Assembly (NCBI GenBank): GCA_937885475.1 | Contig: CAKZZR010000211.1 | Span: 1 to 62,414, forward strand | From: an uncultured Treponema sp. | GTDB taxonomy: Bacteria; Spirochaetota; Spirochaetia; Treponematales; Treponemataceae | DNA length: 62,414 bases | Direction: 5' to 3' | In this document: one piece after another, positions 19,118-28,973 of the stretch | Layout: every line of letters begins with the position of its first letter | How positions within the stretch are numbered: position 1 is the stretch's first letter | Translations under genes and position numbers: made by a program | Notes under the pieces: model-generated | What the model saw: only the letters and a program-made list of their open reading frames with translations | Told to the model about the DNA's origin: nothing | Databases searched by the model: none

Positions 19118-19339
19118 AGCTACCTCCTGAAGAAACAGCTGTCGTGTTTCCTGATACAAGTAAAATATAACGCTGAATTTTATGTTAGTCAACTTAAAAT
19201 TTGTTAGCCAACTCTAAGAGATTCCTTGAACTGCCCCTTCGTAATGACCGTTTCTTCGCCGTTTTTGTAGCGCGTAATCTGCCAGTCGGTTCTACAGTTC
19301 AGATATATTTTTTATGCTTCGCATTTGAAATATTTCATT

Positions 19340-19900
19340 TTAATACTTCAGCCGCATTCTTCCAAACGCCTTGAACCTTGTGTCGTCTTCGGAATAATCT
19401 CGGTGGGTCACGCCATCTATATCATTTATTCCATCACCATCAGTGTCTTTCTGTGTGCTGTCGATAAAATGGATTCTGCCGCCTTCAAGTTTTTCAAACA
19501 AGGCGATATGTGTAACAGAAGAATTGTCAGGTTCACCCATAAAAATCAGATTGCCTTTCTTCAAATCAGCCTTATCAATATGTGTTGAAGCTTTCTGAAA
19601 CATATCATTCGCCGTCATGTCAGAAACCAAAAGCTGATATTTTGTGTCGACCAGAGCATATTTATAGCACATTATAACAAGGCCGGAACAATCTATTTTA
19701 ATTGAACGAACGGCATCCTGCCCACCCAACAAATATTCTGTATCTGACTGCTCATAAAGCTCCGCAAATTTATAAGCGTGTTCTGCAATTTCTGCAGGAG
19801 CATCGATTTCTGTGTAAATGCGTTCTTCCTTTGAAGCACTATCACAAGAAGTCAACACCGTTATCATAATAAAAATCAGGCAGAATCGAATTTTCATCAC
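19340..19900 (-). CDS. NlpC/P60-family lipoprotein (putative cell-wall peptidase)
   Basis: Lipobox LTSC; Y..GG, IDCSGLV, G.LIF, THIA motifs. Confidence 0.85.
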   Translation of the reverse strand: MMKIRFCLIFIMITVLTSCDSASKEERIYTEIDAPAEIAEHAYKFAELYEQSDTEYLLGGQDAVRSIKIDCSGLVIMCYKYALVDTKYQLLVSDMTANDMFQKASTHIDKADLKKGNLIFMGEPDNSSVTHIALFEKLEGGRIHFIDSTQKDTDGDGINDIDGVTHRDYSEDDTRFKAFGRMRLKY

Positions 19901-19911
19901 TTTTCCCCTTC

Positions 19912-21102
19912 CTACATCGACTGATAATACGCCCGCATAGACTCGCTCAGGTCGTTCAGGTGCTTAAAGAATTCCGGCTTGTCCTTGCATTTTCGCATGC
20001 AGTCAATCAAACCTTTGTAAGGAGCCGTAAAATAAAGCGGAATGTCAACCTCGTGCTTAAAGTTGTCTGGCTGGTAGGCTAAAAATTCCTGTTCGGTGGA
20101 AAACTTGGCGTTCTGCCCAGGTTTGTTTCCGCGGGGATCAAGGCGAACCCATTTACCAAGCGTCTTAAAATAAACGGCGTTAAAACCGTGGGGGTAAAAG
20201 TGATTTTTTTGCTTTGCGCACAAAATCTGATAGCAAAATCCAGTTGGAATGCCAAAATTGCGTAAGATTGCCGCGTACAGATGAGCCTTAGCCATGCAAA
20301 TCCCGTGTCCGTTTTTTATCACATCGCTTGCAGAAACAGCCAGCTCCGTTCTCTTACAATCCGAGGTGTGCGGAAATTCATTCTGAACAAAATAAAACGC
20401 CTTTTCTGCCAAAAGAACTTCATCGTCCTTATACGGCTCAAACTGCTTGCAGACTGCCTGAACTTCCGGCGAATTAAAATCCACGATGTCGCTTTCTGCA
20501 AGATACATAGCCCAGTCAGGATGCGGATTTTTTTTGCTTACAGAAAGGCCGTCGCCAATCTCGTAAAAAGTCGTGGTGAATTCGGGATTTTCCTTTAGGA
20601 ACGTAACATAGCGGGCGATTTTCCGCACCATCTTAATCGTGCTGTAATTATGAGTGAGCGACTGATTTTCCACCATTCCGTGGAACGAAAGGTTGTCGGT
20701 AATTATAACCCCGCCTTCCGCAAGATTTTTCTGAAACTTAACAAAAAACTTAAGGTTCTGCGCCTTGGGCCCGTCTATAAAAATCAAATCGTACTTGTCT
20801 TTAAAATCAAACCGCGCCGCGTCTCCAAGATAAATCGTAATCCTGTCCATAAGTCCGCTTTGGCCAATATTCCTAACGGCAAGCTCATAGCGCTCAATGT
20901 CAAATTCCACCGTATCAACAAAAACCTCGTCCCCCGCACGCGCAAAATTAATCGCCGAATACCCGATGGCACTCCCAATCTCCAGAATTTTATGCACATC
21001 GTGTTCTTTTATGTAGCTCACAATAAAATTCAGGCTTGGATCCTTTATAATCGGCACGGAGTTGGTCTTTGCAAATTCCTTGATTTCTGCGGTCTGTTCC
21101 AT
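19912..21102 (-). CDS. O-methyltransferase (YrrM/TrmR-like) fused to a transglutaminase-like domain
   Basis: N-half ILEIGSAIGYS, DLIFIDG.K, DN..FHG; C-half GICMAKAHL, HG.NAV, W..LD.RG (Cys-His-Asp). Confidence 0.85.
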   Translation of the reverse strand: MEQTAEIKEFAKTNSVPIIKDPSLNFIVSYIKEHDVHKILEIGSAIGYSAINFARAGDEVFVDTVEFDIERYELAVRNIGQSGLMDRITIYLGDAARFDFKDKYDLIFIDGPKAQNLKFFVKFQKNLAEGGVIITDNLSFHGMVENQSLTHNYSTIKMVRKIARYVTFLKENPEFTTTFYEIGDGLSVSKKNPHPDWAMYLAESDIVDFNSPEVQAVCKQFEPYKDDEVLLAEKAFYFVQNEFPHTSDCKRTELAVSASDVIKNGHGICMAKAHLYAAILRNFGIPTGFCYQILCAKQKNHFYPHGFNAVYFKTLGKWVRLDPRGNKPGQNAKFSTEQEFLAYQPDNFKHEVDIPLYFTAPYKGLIDCMRKCKDKPEFFKHLNDLSESMRAYYQSM

Positions 21103-21143
21103 ATTCTTCTATTATAATACTCAAATAATGAGAAGGGGGGAAG
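21091..21143 (+). repeat. ~53-bp direct repeat, copy 1 (partner 22066-22117)
   Basis: Differs from its partner by 2 substitutions and 1 indel; covers the methyltransferase start and -10 box. Confidence 0.95.
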
Positions 21144-21162
21144 ATATGATTTTGAGACGTTT

Positions 21163-21303
21163 TTAGGGCGTTCCTGCGTTCACTCACTTCGTTCGTTCTC
21201 GCAGGTCGGGCTTTTCGCACTTCGCCGTCTAACGCGGCTCATCCCTCAGGTTTCGATAAGCTCAACCTTCGGGACTGCCTGCGGCAGGTGCTACAATCCC
21301 TAA
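21163..21303. repeat. GC-rich multibranched palindromic element containing a nested short REP
   Basis: TTAGGG...CCCTAA ends, CCTGCG/CGCAGG stem, nested AGGTTTCGATAAGCTCAACCT at 21248-21268. Confidence 0.65.
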
Positions 21304-21396
21304 CGCTAGAGAGCACTAATTCTTTTCAATTGTTGCAATAATTTTACAAGGATTACACCATGGATGATTTATTAAAATCAGGTTTAAAAAGTCTTA

Positions 21397-21726
21397 TTAA
21401 GTTTTGTCATTATCATTTAGTAAACCAATTTTTACAAACTTTTTCATAAGTTCATATATATCTTTTTTTTTATCACCATCACGACGAATTCCAACGGCAA
21501 CAACAATTACTTCAACCTCAGTTTCTTTTACCTGATAAATAATTCTATAACGCTGCCCTACAGAACGAATTGAACGATAATCCTGTAAATTTCCTTTTAA
21601 TGGTTTTCCTGCTTTTAGAGGTTCTACTTTTAAAACTTCGATTTTTTCAATTATTTGCTGCTGAGATTTGCTGTCCAATTTTGAAATAAATTCAGAAGCA
21701 ATTTGGGTTAATTTTATTGAGTACAC
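21397..21726 (-). CDS. RelE-family toxin
   Basis: GKPLKGNL..YRSIR...YRIIY...V.VVAVG.R....IY. Confidence 0.9.
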   Translation of the reverse strand: MYSIKLTQIASEFISKLDSKSQQQIIEKIEVLKVEPLKAGKPLKGNLQDYRSIRSVGQRYRIIYQVKETEVEVIVVAVGIRRDGDKKKDIYELMKKFVKIGLLNDNDKT

Positions 21727-21986
21727 TCCAGACCTGCCTTGAATGTATCAAAATCTATCATCTTATTTTCATTTATTTGTTGAATTCCTAGTGCAAGGTC
21801 TTTAGATAGTTGCTTGTCTGCAAGTATTTCTAAAGTTTCTTGGATACACTCATATGTATCCCAGCGCAGTAATGCAAATACCTCTTTTCCATGATTAGTA
21901 ATAGAGATTGTTTCATCATAATCCATTGTATTTTCAAGAGATGTTATTCGTTTTCTTGTTTCAGTTATTGTCATTTCAGAAATCAT
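21714..21986 (-). CDS. Phd/YefM-family antitoxin
   Basis: TITETRKR.T.L...ITNHGK...L....YE..QETLEIL.D; GAGG RBS before 21986. Confidence 0.85.
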   Translation of the reverse strand: MISEMTITETRKRITSLENTMDYDETISITNHGKEVFALLRWDTYECIQETLEILADKQLSKDLALGIQQINENKMIDFDTFKAGLECTQ

Positions 21987-22065
21987 ATGAACCTCGTTAT
22001 TTTTATTGTACATTATTATGTACAAAAGTCAACAAAACAAAAAAACAAATGTATAAGAAAAGTGA

Positions 22066-22117
22066 GGTCTATTCCATATTCTTCTATTATAATACTCAAA
22101 TAATGGGAAGGGGGAAG
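22066..22117 (+). repeat. ~53-bp direct repeat, copy 2
   Basis: Partner of 21091-21143; here the copied start reads ATG GAA TAG. Confidence 0.95.
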
Positions 22118-22132
22118 CGAGCATTACATATT

Positions 22133-23353
22133 TTAGTTCTTCAACACACTCGCAAACACATACTCCGTGCTTCGGCCTCCGGCTTCGCCCTTTAAAAGAA
22201 TCTTTGCCTGCATCAATTTTTCTATGTCGCGGCTTGCAGTGTCCTGTGAGCACTTGCAGATTTTTGCATACTTTGTTGAAGTCAATTTTCCCTCAAAACC
22301 ATCCAAAAGAAGAGTGAGTATCTTTCGCTGCCGCTCGTTTAACTTAAACTGTTCAGCATATTCCCAAAACTGCTTTCGTATGCGCCCTTGTTCTAATTCC
22401 TGAAGAACGGAATTAACCGCACGACTCATACAACCAATGTACCACAAAAGCCAATCTGTTATGTCTAAGGAATCTTGAGTTTGTGCCTTTTCCAGCTGAG
22501 CATAATAATCCTTTCGTTCCTTGCAAAGCTGAGCGCTCATTGAAAAAAGGTGGTCTGTGCGGAGAGCGGGACCATAAGAAGGAGCATTTTCTGAAACTAC
22601 CAGAACATCGGTATGAGCGTAATTATCACCGCGGCACAAAGCCATATCAGCCAGTGCACGAGCAAGACGACCGTTTCCATCTTCAAAAGGGTGAAGCGTT
22701 ACAAAATAAAGATGACTAACCGCACTCTTAAGAACGCTGTTCATGTGCATTTCAGAATCCCGATGATTAAACCAGTTGATAAAATCCTGCATTTCATGAG
22801 GAATAAGTTCTGCCGGCGGAGCTTCAAAATGAACGGTCTGATTCTTTGAATTTCCGCTTATAACACGCATAGGTCCTTCTTCGTCGGTACGAAACTCGCC
22901 TGTTCTGATATTGTAAAGACCGTTATAGCCCAGCCCATTTGCGTTTGGTGGAAAAAGCTTTGTATGCCATTCAAACAGACGATTTAAGGTAAGCGGAGAG
23001 TGACAATTATGCACGGCATCCGTTATAACCTGAACGATTCCATCTATCTTTTGGCGTGGCTTATCAAGCTGCTCCCCTTTTGCAAGAATCACATTCTCAA
23101 GGCCAAGATGACGAGCAACAGACGACCGCAAAGAATAATCACTAAGATTTTCGCCTTCTATTTCAAAAGACTTTTGTATTTCCTGCGTAAAGCGGTTAAG
23201 CGTAAAAACTGACTTTGCCTCAAAACCCATAGAAATCATCTGCCCTTCAAGAATTCCTTGATTTGTGTTCAAAAGCAAAAGCGGTTCTATGAGACTCTGT
23301 GATTCCCATGTAAAGTGAGGCCATGAACTATTCTGCCAAATATACTTAACCAT
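22133..23353 (-). CDS. Fic-domain protein (DUF4172-type N-terminus, C-terminal HTH)
   Basis: YIWQ...WP.F.W; HPFEDGNGRLAR Fic motif; CS.DTA.RDI, GGRST.Y. Confidence 0.92.
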   Translation of the reverse strand: MVKYIWQNSSWPHFTWESQSLIEPLLLLNTNQGILEGQMISMGFEAKSVFTLNRFTQEIQKSFEIEGENLSDYSLRSSVARHLGLENVILAKGEQLDKPRQKIDGIVQVITDAVHNCHSPLTLNRLFEWHTKLFPPNANGLGYNGLYNIRTGEFRTDEEGPMRVISGNSKNQTVHFEAPPAELIPHEMQDFINWFNHRDSEMHMNSVLKSAVSHLYFVTLHPFEDGNGRLARALADMALCRGDNYAHTDVLVVSENAPSYGPALRTDHLFSMSAQLCKERKDYYAQLEKAQTQDSLDITDWLLWYIGCMSRAVNSVLQELEQGRIRKQFWEYAEQFKLNERQRKILTLLLDGFEGKLTSTKYAKICKCSQDTASRDIEKLMQAKILLKGEAGGRSTEYVFASVLKN

Positions 23354-23615
23354 ATCTCAAACTTATGGCATTATGCGGAGATTGTCAAGTTTTTCTCCGC
23401 ACTTTTTTATATTTTTTGCGGATTTTATGCCTATTATTCTCCGCTGATAGCCACAGGATTAAAAGAAATGTTTGAAGAAATCATAAACATCGTTTTAGAC
23501 AAATTATCAGACATTGAAAAGTACAATGTAAAATTACTTCTTGAAGAAGAAAAAACAGGATACTTTGCCAAATGTATTTGGATAAAATCTGGAAATAATT
23601 AAAAACTTAAACCAT

Positions 23616-23650
23616 AAAAAAGCCAGTCCAACAAACCGTTAGACTGGCTT
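23616..23650 (-). terminator. Intrinsic terminator of aspS
   Basis: AAGCCAGTC/GACTGGCTT stem with a minus-strand T run. Confidence 0.65.
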
Positions 23651-23660
23651 CTTTTACTAT

Positions 23661-23727
23661 TCGGTCATTTCGAGAAACTCAATGACCGATTTTTTTTTTA
23701 ATCTAGTAATTTCGACAAGCTCAACCA
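23661..23727. repeat. Two intergenic copies of the TTCGA(C/G)AA(G/A)CTCAA-core short palindrome
   Basis: TCGGTCATTTCGAGAAACTCAATGACCGA (23661-23689) and TTCGACAAGCTCAACCA (23711-23727). Confidence 0.75.
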
Positions 23728-23739
23728 TCGATTTTTTCC

Positions 23740-25626
23740 TTAATCCTTCTCTACATCGTAACAATTGATGTGCAGGTCTTTTAATTGCTGTTCATCAACC
23801 GCACTCGGGCACTCGTCCATCGGCGATGCTGCCAAATTGTTCTTAGGGAATGCAATTACCTCGTGAATAGACTCTTCATGTCTCATCAACATAATCAGGC
23901 GGTCTAATCCTGGAGCGATTCCTCCGTGCGGTGGGGCGCCGAACTTGAAGGCCTGTACCAAGAAGCCGAATGCTTTTTCTGCGCGCTCGCGACTGTAGCC
24001 TACGATTTCAAAAATGCGTTCCTGCAATGCAGGGTCGTTGATACGCATTGAGCCGGAAGCAAGTTCGTAGCCGTTCAGAACCAAGTCGTAAAGGTCGCCT
24101 TTTACGGCACCTGGATCGCTTTCCAATGTGTCCCAGTACTGCTTTTGTGGAAGGGTGAACATGTGGTGTTCTGTTTCCCAGCCTTGAGTTTCTTCGTTCC
24201 ATGCAAAATAAGGGAAGTCGATGATCCATGCAAAGTGGAATTCATCCTTTGGATTATAAAGGTTCAGGTCTTTTCCAAGCTGCTTGCGCACTGCACCAAG
24301 GGCTGTACAAGCAAGCTGCCAGTTTTCGTCACTTACGAACAAAATCAAATCGTTCTTTTCTGCACCCAGTTTAGAGCAGATTTCAGATTCTTTTCCGGCG
24401 TAGAACTTACTGATTCCGCCTTCAAAAGCAAGACCACCGGTTCCTGTGCTAGTGGTTTCGACAGGCTCAACCACCGCATTCTTTCCTTCAACCACCTTCA
24501 TCCAAGCCAAGCCCTTTGCCTTGTATGTCTTTGCAACGGCTTCAAGTGCTTCAATGTTCTTGCGGCTATACTTGTCGGCAACATTTTTTACAACGAGTGC
24601 CTTAAGTCCACTTCTCTTATGGCGCTGAACATCGCGACCGGCGTTAGCAGCTCCTGCCTTGAATGCATTAAAGTCTGCCAAATCAGCCATGAAAGCGGCA
24701 TCCTGCATCTTCATATCAAAACGCAAGTCCGGCTTGTCGCTTCCGTAAAGGTCAAAAGCGTCTTCCCATGCGATTCGGTCAAACTTAGCTGGCAAATCAT
24801 AATTCAATGTCTTTTTGAAGATGTACTGCATCATTCCTTCTGTCGTAGAAAGAACTTCCTCGCGGTTTGTAAAAGACATTTCCATATCTATCTGAGTGAA
24901 TTCCGGCTGACGGTCTCCACGGGCATCCTCATCGCGGTAGCATCTAGCAATCTGAAAGTATTTATCAAATCCAGAAACCATCAAAAGCTGCTTGTAAAGC
25001 TGCGGACTCTGTGGCAAAGAATAGAATTTTCCAGGATGAACACGGCTAGGAACCAAATAGTCCCGCGCTCCCTCAGGAGTGCTTTTTATGAAAGTCGGAG
25101 TCTCTATTTCCAAAAATCCCTTGCTAGTCAAATATTCCCGGGTTGCAAAAGTAACCTGGCTTCGCAAAATAATGTTCTGCTGCATCGGGTCACGGCGCAA
25201 ATCCAGATAGCGGTACTTCAAGCGCAAATCTTCGTTAGGAAGAACAATCGTTCCGTCCTTCTGGCGCACTTCTTCAATACTGAACGGAAGTTCCTGCGAT
25301 GTAGTAAAAATCTCAATGTCGTTGGCTTCTACCTCAATCTCGCCAGTAGCCATATCGCGGTTAATGTCCTTTTCGGCACGAGCGGCAACAAGGCCTTCAA
25401 CGGCAATACAATATTCGCTCTTAAGCGAGCTTGCAATCTGCTTAACTTTTTCAGATGCCTTGTCGCCAACCATAACCTGAGTGATTCCGTAGCGGTCGCG
25501 CAGACGAATAAAAACAAGGCCGCCCAAATCGCGGGTGCGGCTTACCCAACCATTCAATACAACTTTCTTACCAACATCAGCGGCACGCAAATCGCCGCAA
25601 GTAACAGTGCGTTTAGTAGATTCCAT
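23740..25626 (-). CDS. aspS: Aspartate--tRNA ligase
   Basis: STPEGARDY, LPQSPQL.KQ, CYRDED.R.DRQPEFTQ.D.EMS, GAPPHGG.A.GLDR motifs. Confidence 0.98.
   Translation of the reverse strand: MESTKRTVTCGDLRAADVGKKVVLNGWVSRTRDLGGLVFIRLRDRYGITQVMVGDKASEKVKQIASSLKSEYCIAVEGLVAARAEKDINRDMATGEIEVEANDIEIFTTSQELPFSIEEVRQKDGTIVLPNEDLRLKYRYLDLRRDPMQQNIILRSQVTFATREYLTSKGFLEIETPTFIKSTPEGARDYLVPSRVHPGKFYSLPQSPQLYKQLLMVSGFDKYFQIARCYRDEDARGDRQPEFTQIDMEMSFTNREEVLSTTEGMMQYIFKKTLNYDLPAKFDRIAWEDAFDLYGSDKPDLRFDMKMQDAAFMADLADFNAFKAGAANAGRDVQRHKRSGLKALVVKNVADKYSRKNIEALEAVAKTYKAKGLAWMKVVEGKNAVVEPVETTSTGTGGLAFEGGISKFYAGKESEICSKLGAEKNDLILFVSDENWQLACTALGAVRKQLGKDLNLYNPKDEFHFAWIIDFPYFAWNEETQGWETEHHMFTLPQKQYWDTLESDPGAVKGDLYDLVLNGYELASGSMRINDPALQERIFEIVGYSRERAEKAFGFLVQAFKFGAPPHGGIAPGLDRLIMLMRHEESIHEVIAFPKNNLAASPMDECPSAVDEQQLKDLHINCYDVEKD
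24452..24475. repeat. Short palindrome in frame inside aspS (encodes VVEPVETT)
   Basis: GTGGTTTCGACAGGCTCAACCACC, 24/24 identical to the reverse complement of 44683-44706. Confidence 0.9.
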
Positions 25627-25709
25627 AATAGGAACAGTTTAATGAGATGACCGACTTTTTACAATGACAAAGCTTGCAATGCCTGCGCAAAACCTGTTTT
25701 TACGGAATC

Positions 25710-27415
25710 CTAGTGCTGGCGCACATATTTGTATGTTGAACCATTACCCTTAAGAATAGCCGCCGTTATCTGGCTGGAAAGGAGCGTCGCATCCTCTGGA
25801 GTTTCAGATAGTGTTCCGCTTTCGCTGTCATACGCATACAAAAGCCAAGAAGAATCTGCTCCTGTGTCATCAGAAGCAAAAGTGACCGTTTCAAGCAAAG
25901 AACAGCCGTAGAATGCGCTTACGCCAATCGTTTCTATTCCGCTTGGAATCGTTATTTCTGTAAGCGCGGAACAGTTTGTAAAAGCGGCATTGCCAAGCTC
26001 CCTTACGGAATCAGGAAGCGTAATCGCCTCAGCTGCACGCAAGATTCAAATGCGCCCTCCAGAACAGAAAGCAAGCGGTTGCCTTCCTCAAAAATCACCG
26101 TCTTAAGCGAAGCACAGTCCCTGAATACATATCTTCCGAACGTATTAACTCCGGCAGAAATAGTAATTTCCTCAAGGGCAGAATTCCAAAAAAGAAACTC
26201 TGCAAGCTGCGTTATGTTGCGGGGAAGCTCAATAGTTTTTAATGACGAACAATATGCGAACGCGCAGTTTTCTATAATGGAAACGTTTTCTGGCAAATTC
26301 ACCTGCGAAAGCGCCTCGCACTTATAAAACGAATATTTATGAATGGTTGCCATCGTTTGTGGCAAAATAATTTCGCATAAATTCACGCATTTTTGGAACG
26401 CGTCCGTCGTCGCATTAGTTGAAGCTTCCGTTCCAAGCTCCGAAATTCCAGTGCAGGCCGAAAGGTCAAGCGCTACGAACACGTCGCTCGCATTCACAAG
26501 GGCGGAATTCAACGCGGAAACATCGGGCGTCAAATCTGTAATGACTACAGTAAGCGGGTTTTGCTGGGTGAACGTATGCGCTGCACTTGCCTCTCCAGAA
26601 AGAATTCCGTACAGTTCCACAACCGTGCAAGACGTGCGGCCGTTCTGTATCCGGGCGCTTGCAGAACTGCCGTCAGGAGTTCCGGTGCCAGCGCTACCGT
26701 TGTCATCATTGCCCGAGGTACTACCACCGGAGGTGTCCGCATTTTCGCTTCCTTCGACATCCGTTCCGCCCGGTAAAACGGTCTCATCGCTTTTCGTTTT
26801 TTCCTCTGCGGCTTGGTCGTCATTGCCCGCTTCTGAATCATCGTTTTCTTCTATATTATTTTCAGAATCTTTTGTTTCATCGGCGTCAGATTCCGCCTGT
26901 TCCGCAGCCTCTTCCGAATCAGAAGTCCATTCCAGCGTAATAAGAACGGATGTGGTCTTTTCGCGCTCAACTACCGCCGTATTTTCGCCGCTGGCTACAA
27001 CCTCGTCAGACGCATTCAGTGCCGCAACAGAAACAAGATAGGTTCCAGCGCTTATGTTCCGTATCTCAATGGCACTGCCTGGGTTTCCATAATACACGCC
27101 ACCATTTTCATTCGTCTGTGCCTTGTTCACGTTCTCGGCAGCGTCAGCAGGCTGTTCAGTATCGTCAATTTTTTGCATGGCAGCCATGGAGCTAGGGCTT
27201 TCGTCATTCTTTTCGGCAGCCGCGGCTTTTTCCTGCAAATACAAGGTAACCGCATACCGCGTAACAGTACGCGCAGCATCGTCCGTTCCTGCACGCTCAA
27301 GACTTGAAGGAACAGAAACCACAAGAGCAGGCTTTTGAGAAGGCTCAAATAAATCAGAACAAGAAAAAAGACAAAGGCAAAAAACTGCCACAAAAAAATA
27401 AAAACAGCGCTTCAT
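25710..27415 (-). pseudogene. BspA-type leucine-rich-repeat lipoprotein, frameshifted near 26031
   Basis: Lipobox LFSC; LP.....I...AF..C..L repeats continue across two frames (SCVQL / EAITLPDSV); one added base restores a single ORF. Confidence 0.8.
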
Positions 27416-27529
27416 AAAAATCCTTCTGAAACAAGTTTAACCCTATAGTAAAAAAATTGCAAAGGAACTTTTCTCTTGATTCCTATTCCGCGTTTGAAGT
27501 AAACAAAACATTGTGCTACACTTTTTTTG

Positions 27530-28966
27530 ATGAAGGTTGTAATTGTAGGCGCAGGCTTTACCGGCGTTCAGCTGGCAAAACTGCTCATAAACGAAAGAAA
27601 TAACGTAACGCTCATAGACAATGACGAAGAAATCACGCGGCACATTGCCGACCAGCTTGACTGCACCGTGCTTACGCAGGACGGAAATAATCTGGAAAAT
27701 CTTGAGGACGCGGGAATCGCCAAGGCAGACGCTCTCGTATGCCTTACCGACAACGACGAAGTGAACATGATAACCTGCTCGCTTGTGGACGCGGTTTACC
27801 CGGACATTCTAAAAATAGCCCGCGTACGAAACTACGCCTACTACGTAAACACTGCGACCGCAAAAAAAACGCATGCCAATACGTTCAGCGGCTCGCACCG
27901 TCCGCTTTACGGCATTGACTACATGATTCACCCGGACGTAGAAGCCGCCGAGGCAATCGTAAATGCCGTAGAAAACGGCGCGGTCAGCAACATCGTAACC
28001 TTTGACAATTCCGCAATGCAAATCTCGCGCATAACCGTGCCCCAGGGCAGCATTTTGGACGGTCGCCGCCTTATGGAGCTACGCACCCTTACCGAAATAC
28101 GAATGCTGGTCTGCTATGTGGAAATAGACGGCAAAATCTCGCTTCCGTCGGGTCCAACTGTTATGACCGCAGGCTGCACGCTCGGCATTCTCAGCAGCAA
28201 GGAAGACGTAAGCCGCATCCTTGAGCTGTGCGGCTCCGAGCAAAAAGACCTGCGCAAAATAGCAATCATCGGTGCCGGAAGAATCGGCACGCTCATCGCA
28301 AGCAAAATCATAGAGCCAAAAAAGGCGTTCGGCATAAACCTCATTGCAAAGCGCCGCCTTACGCAAAAAATTGCAATCATCGACACGGACTCGCACCTTG
28401 CAAAGCTTGCCGCAGAACGGTTTCCGGACGCGCAGGTGCTATGCGGCGATGCCACCGACGAAACCTTTCTGCGTGAAGAAAACATTCCCTCGTTTGACCT
28501 TGCAATCTGCGCAACCCACAACCACGAGCTGAACATGGTGCTTGCCGCCTACCTTGAGTCGCTCGGCGTAAAGCAGTCAATCAGCCTTGTAAACAGCGCC
28601 GCCTTTGCAGACATTGCCACAAAGCTTGGCGTGGACGTTTCTATTGCGCTGCGCGACGTAATCGTAGACTCAATCATGAGCCATATGCGCGGCAACGCCG
28701 TAAAGGAAATTCACACCATAAGCAACGGTGAATTTGAGATAATTGAATGCGAGGTAAAAGCCGGCTCAACGGTTCTTGGGCAGGCGCTCAAGGATGTTGC
28801 CGAGCCAGGAAAATACCTTGTTCTGCTTGACCGGCATTCCGGCGCTCAGGAATATGAAATTGCCGGCGGAAACACCATCTTTGCGTCCGGCGACCATCTG
28901 GTACTCATTACCGTCGCGGAAGAAAGCCGGCGCATTCTTGAATTGTTCGGCAACGTAAGCGAATAG
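27530..28966 (+). CDS. trkA: Trk system potassium uptake NAD-binding subunit
   Basis: Two RCK N domains with GAGFTG and GAGRIG; DE.N motif; adjacent to trkH. Confidence 0.95.
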   Translation: MKVVIVGAGFTGVQLAKLLINERNNVTLIDNDEEITRHIADQLDCTVLTQDGNNLENLEDAGIAKADALVCLTDNDEVNMITCSLVDAVYPDILKIARVRNYAYYVNTATAKKTHANTFSGSHRPLYGIDYMIHPDVEAAEAIVNAVENGAVSNIVTFDNSAMQISRITVPQGSILDGRRLMELRTLTEIRMLVCYVEIDGKISLPSGPTVMTAGCTLGILSSKEDVSRILELCGSEQKDLRKIAIIGAGRIGTLIASKIIEPKKAFGINLIAKRRLTQKIAIIDTDSHLAKLAAERFPDAQVLCGDATDETFLREENIPSFDLAICATHNHELNMVLAAYLESLGVKQSISLVNSAAFADIATKLGVDVSIALRDVIVDSIMSHMRGNAVKEIHTISNGEFEIIECEVKAGSTVLGQALKDVAEPGKYLVLLDRHSGAQEYEIAGGNTIFASGDHLVLITVAEESRRILELFGNVSE

Positions 28967-28973
28967 GACGTCT

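Noticed and set aside
18389..19318. Direct repeat ATATATTTTT(T)ATGCT flanking VapBC
   Set aside because: Only about 15 bp and very AT-rich; cannot be distinguished from chance.
7977..23353. Integron cassette array
   Set aside because: No tyrosine integrase and no recurring attC-like site between the small genes; the flanking repeats are unrelated to each other.
24145..25650. 501-aa plus-strand ORF
   Set aside because: Antisense shadow of aspS with no recognisable motifs.
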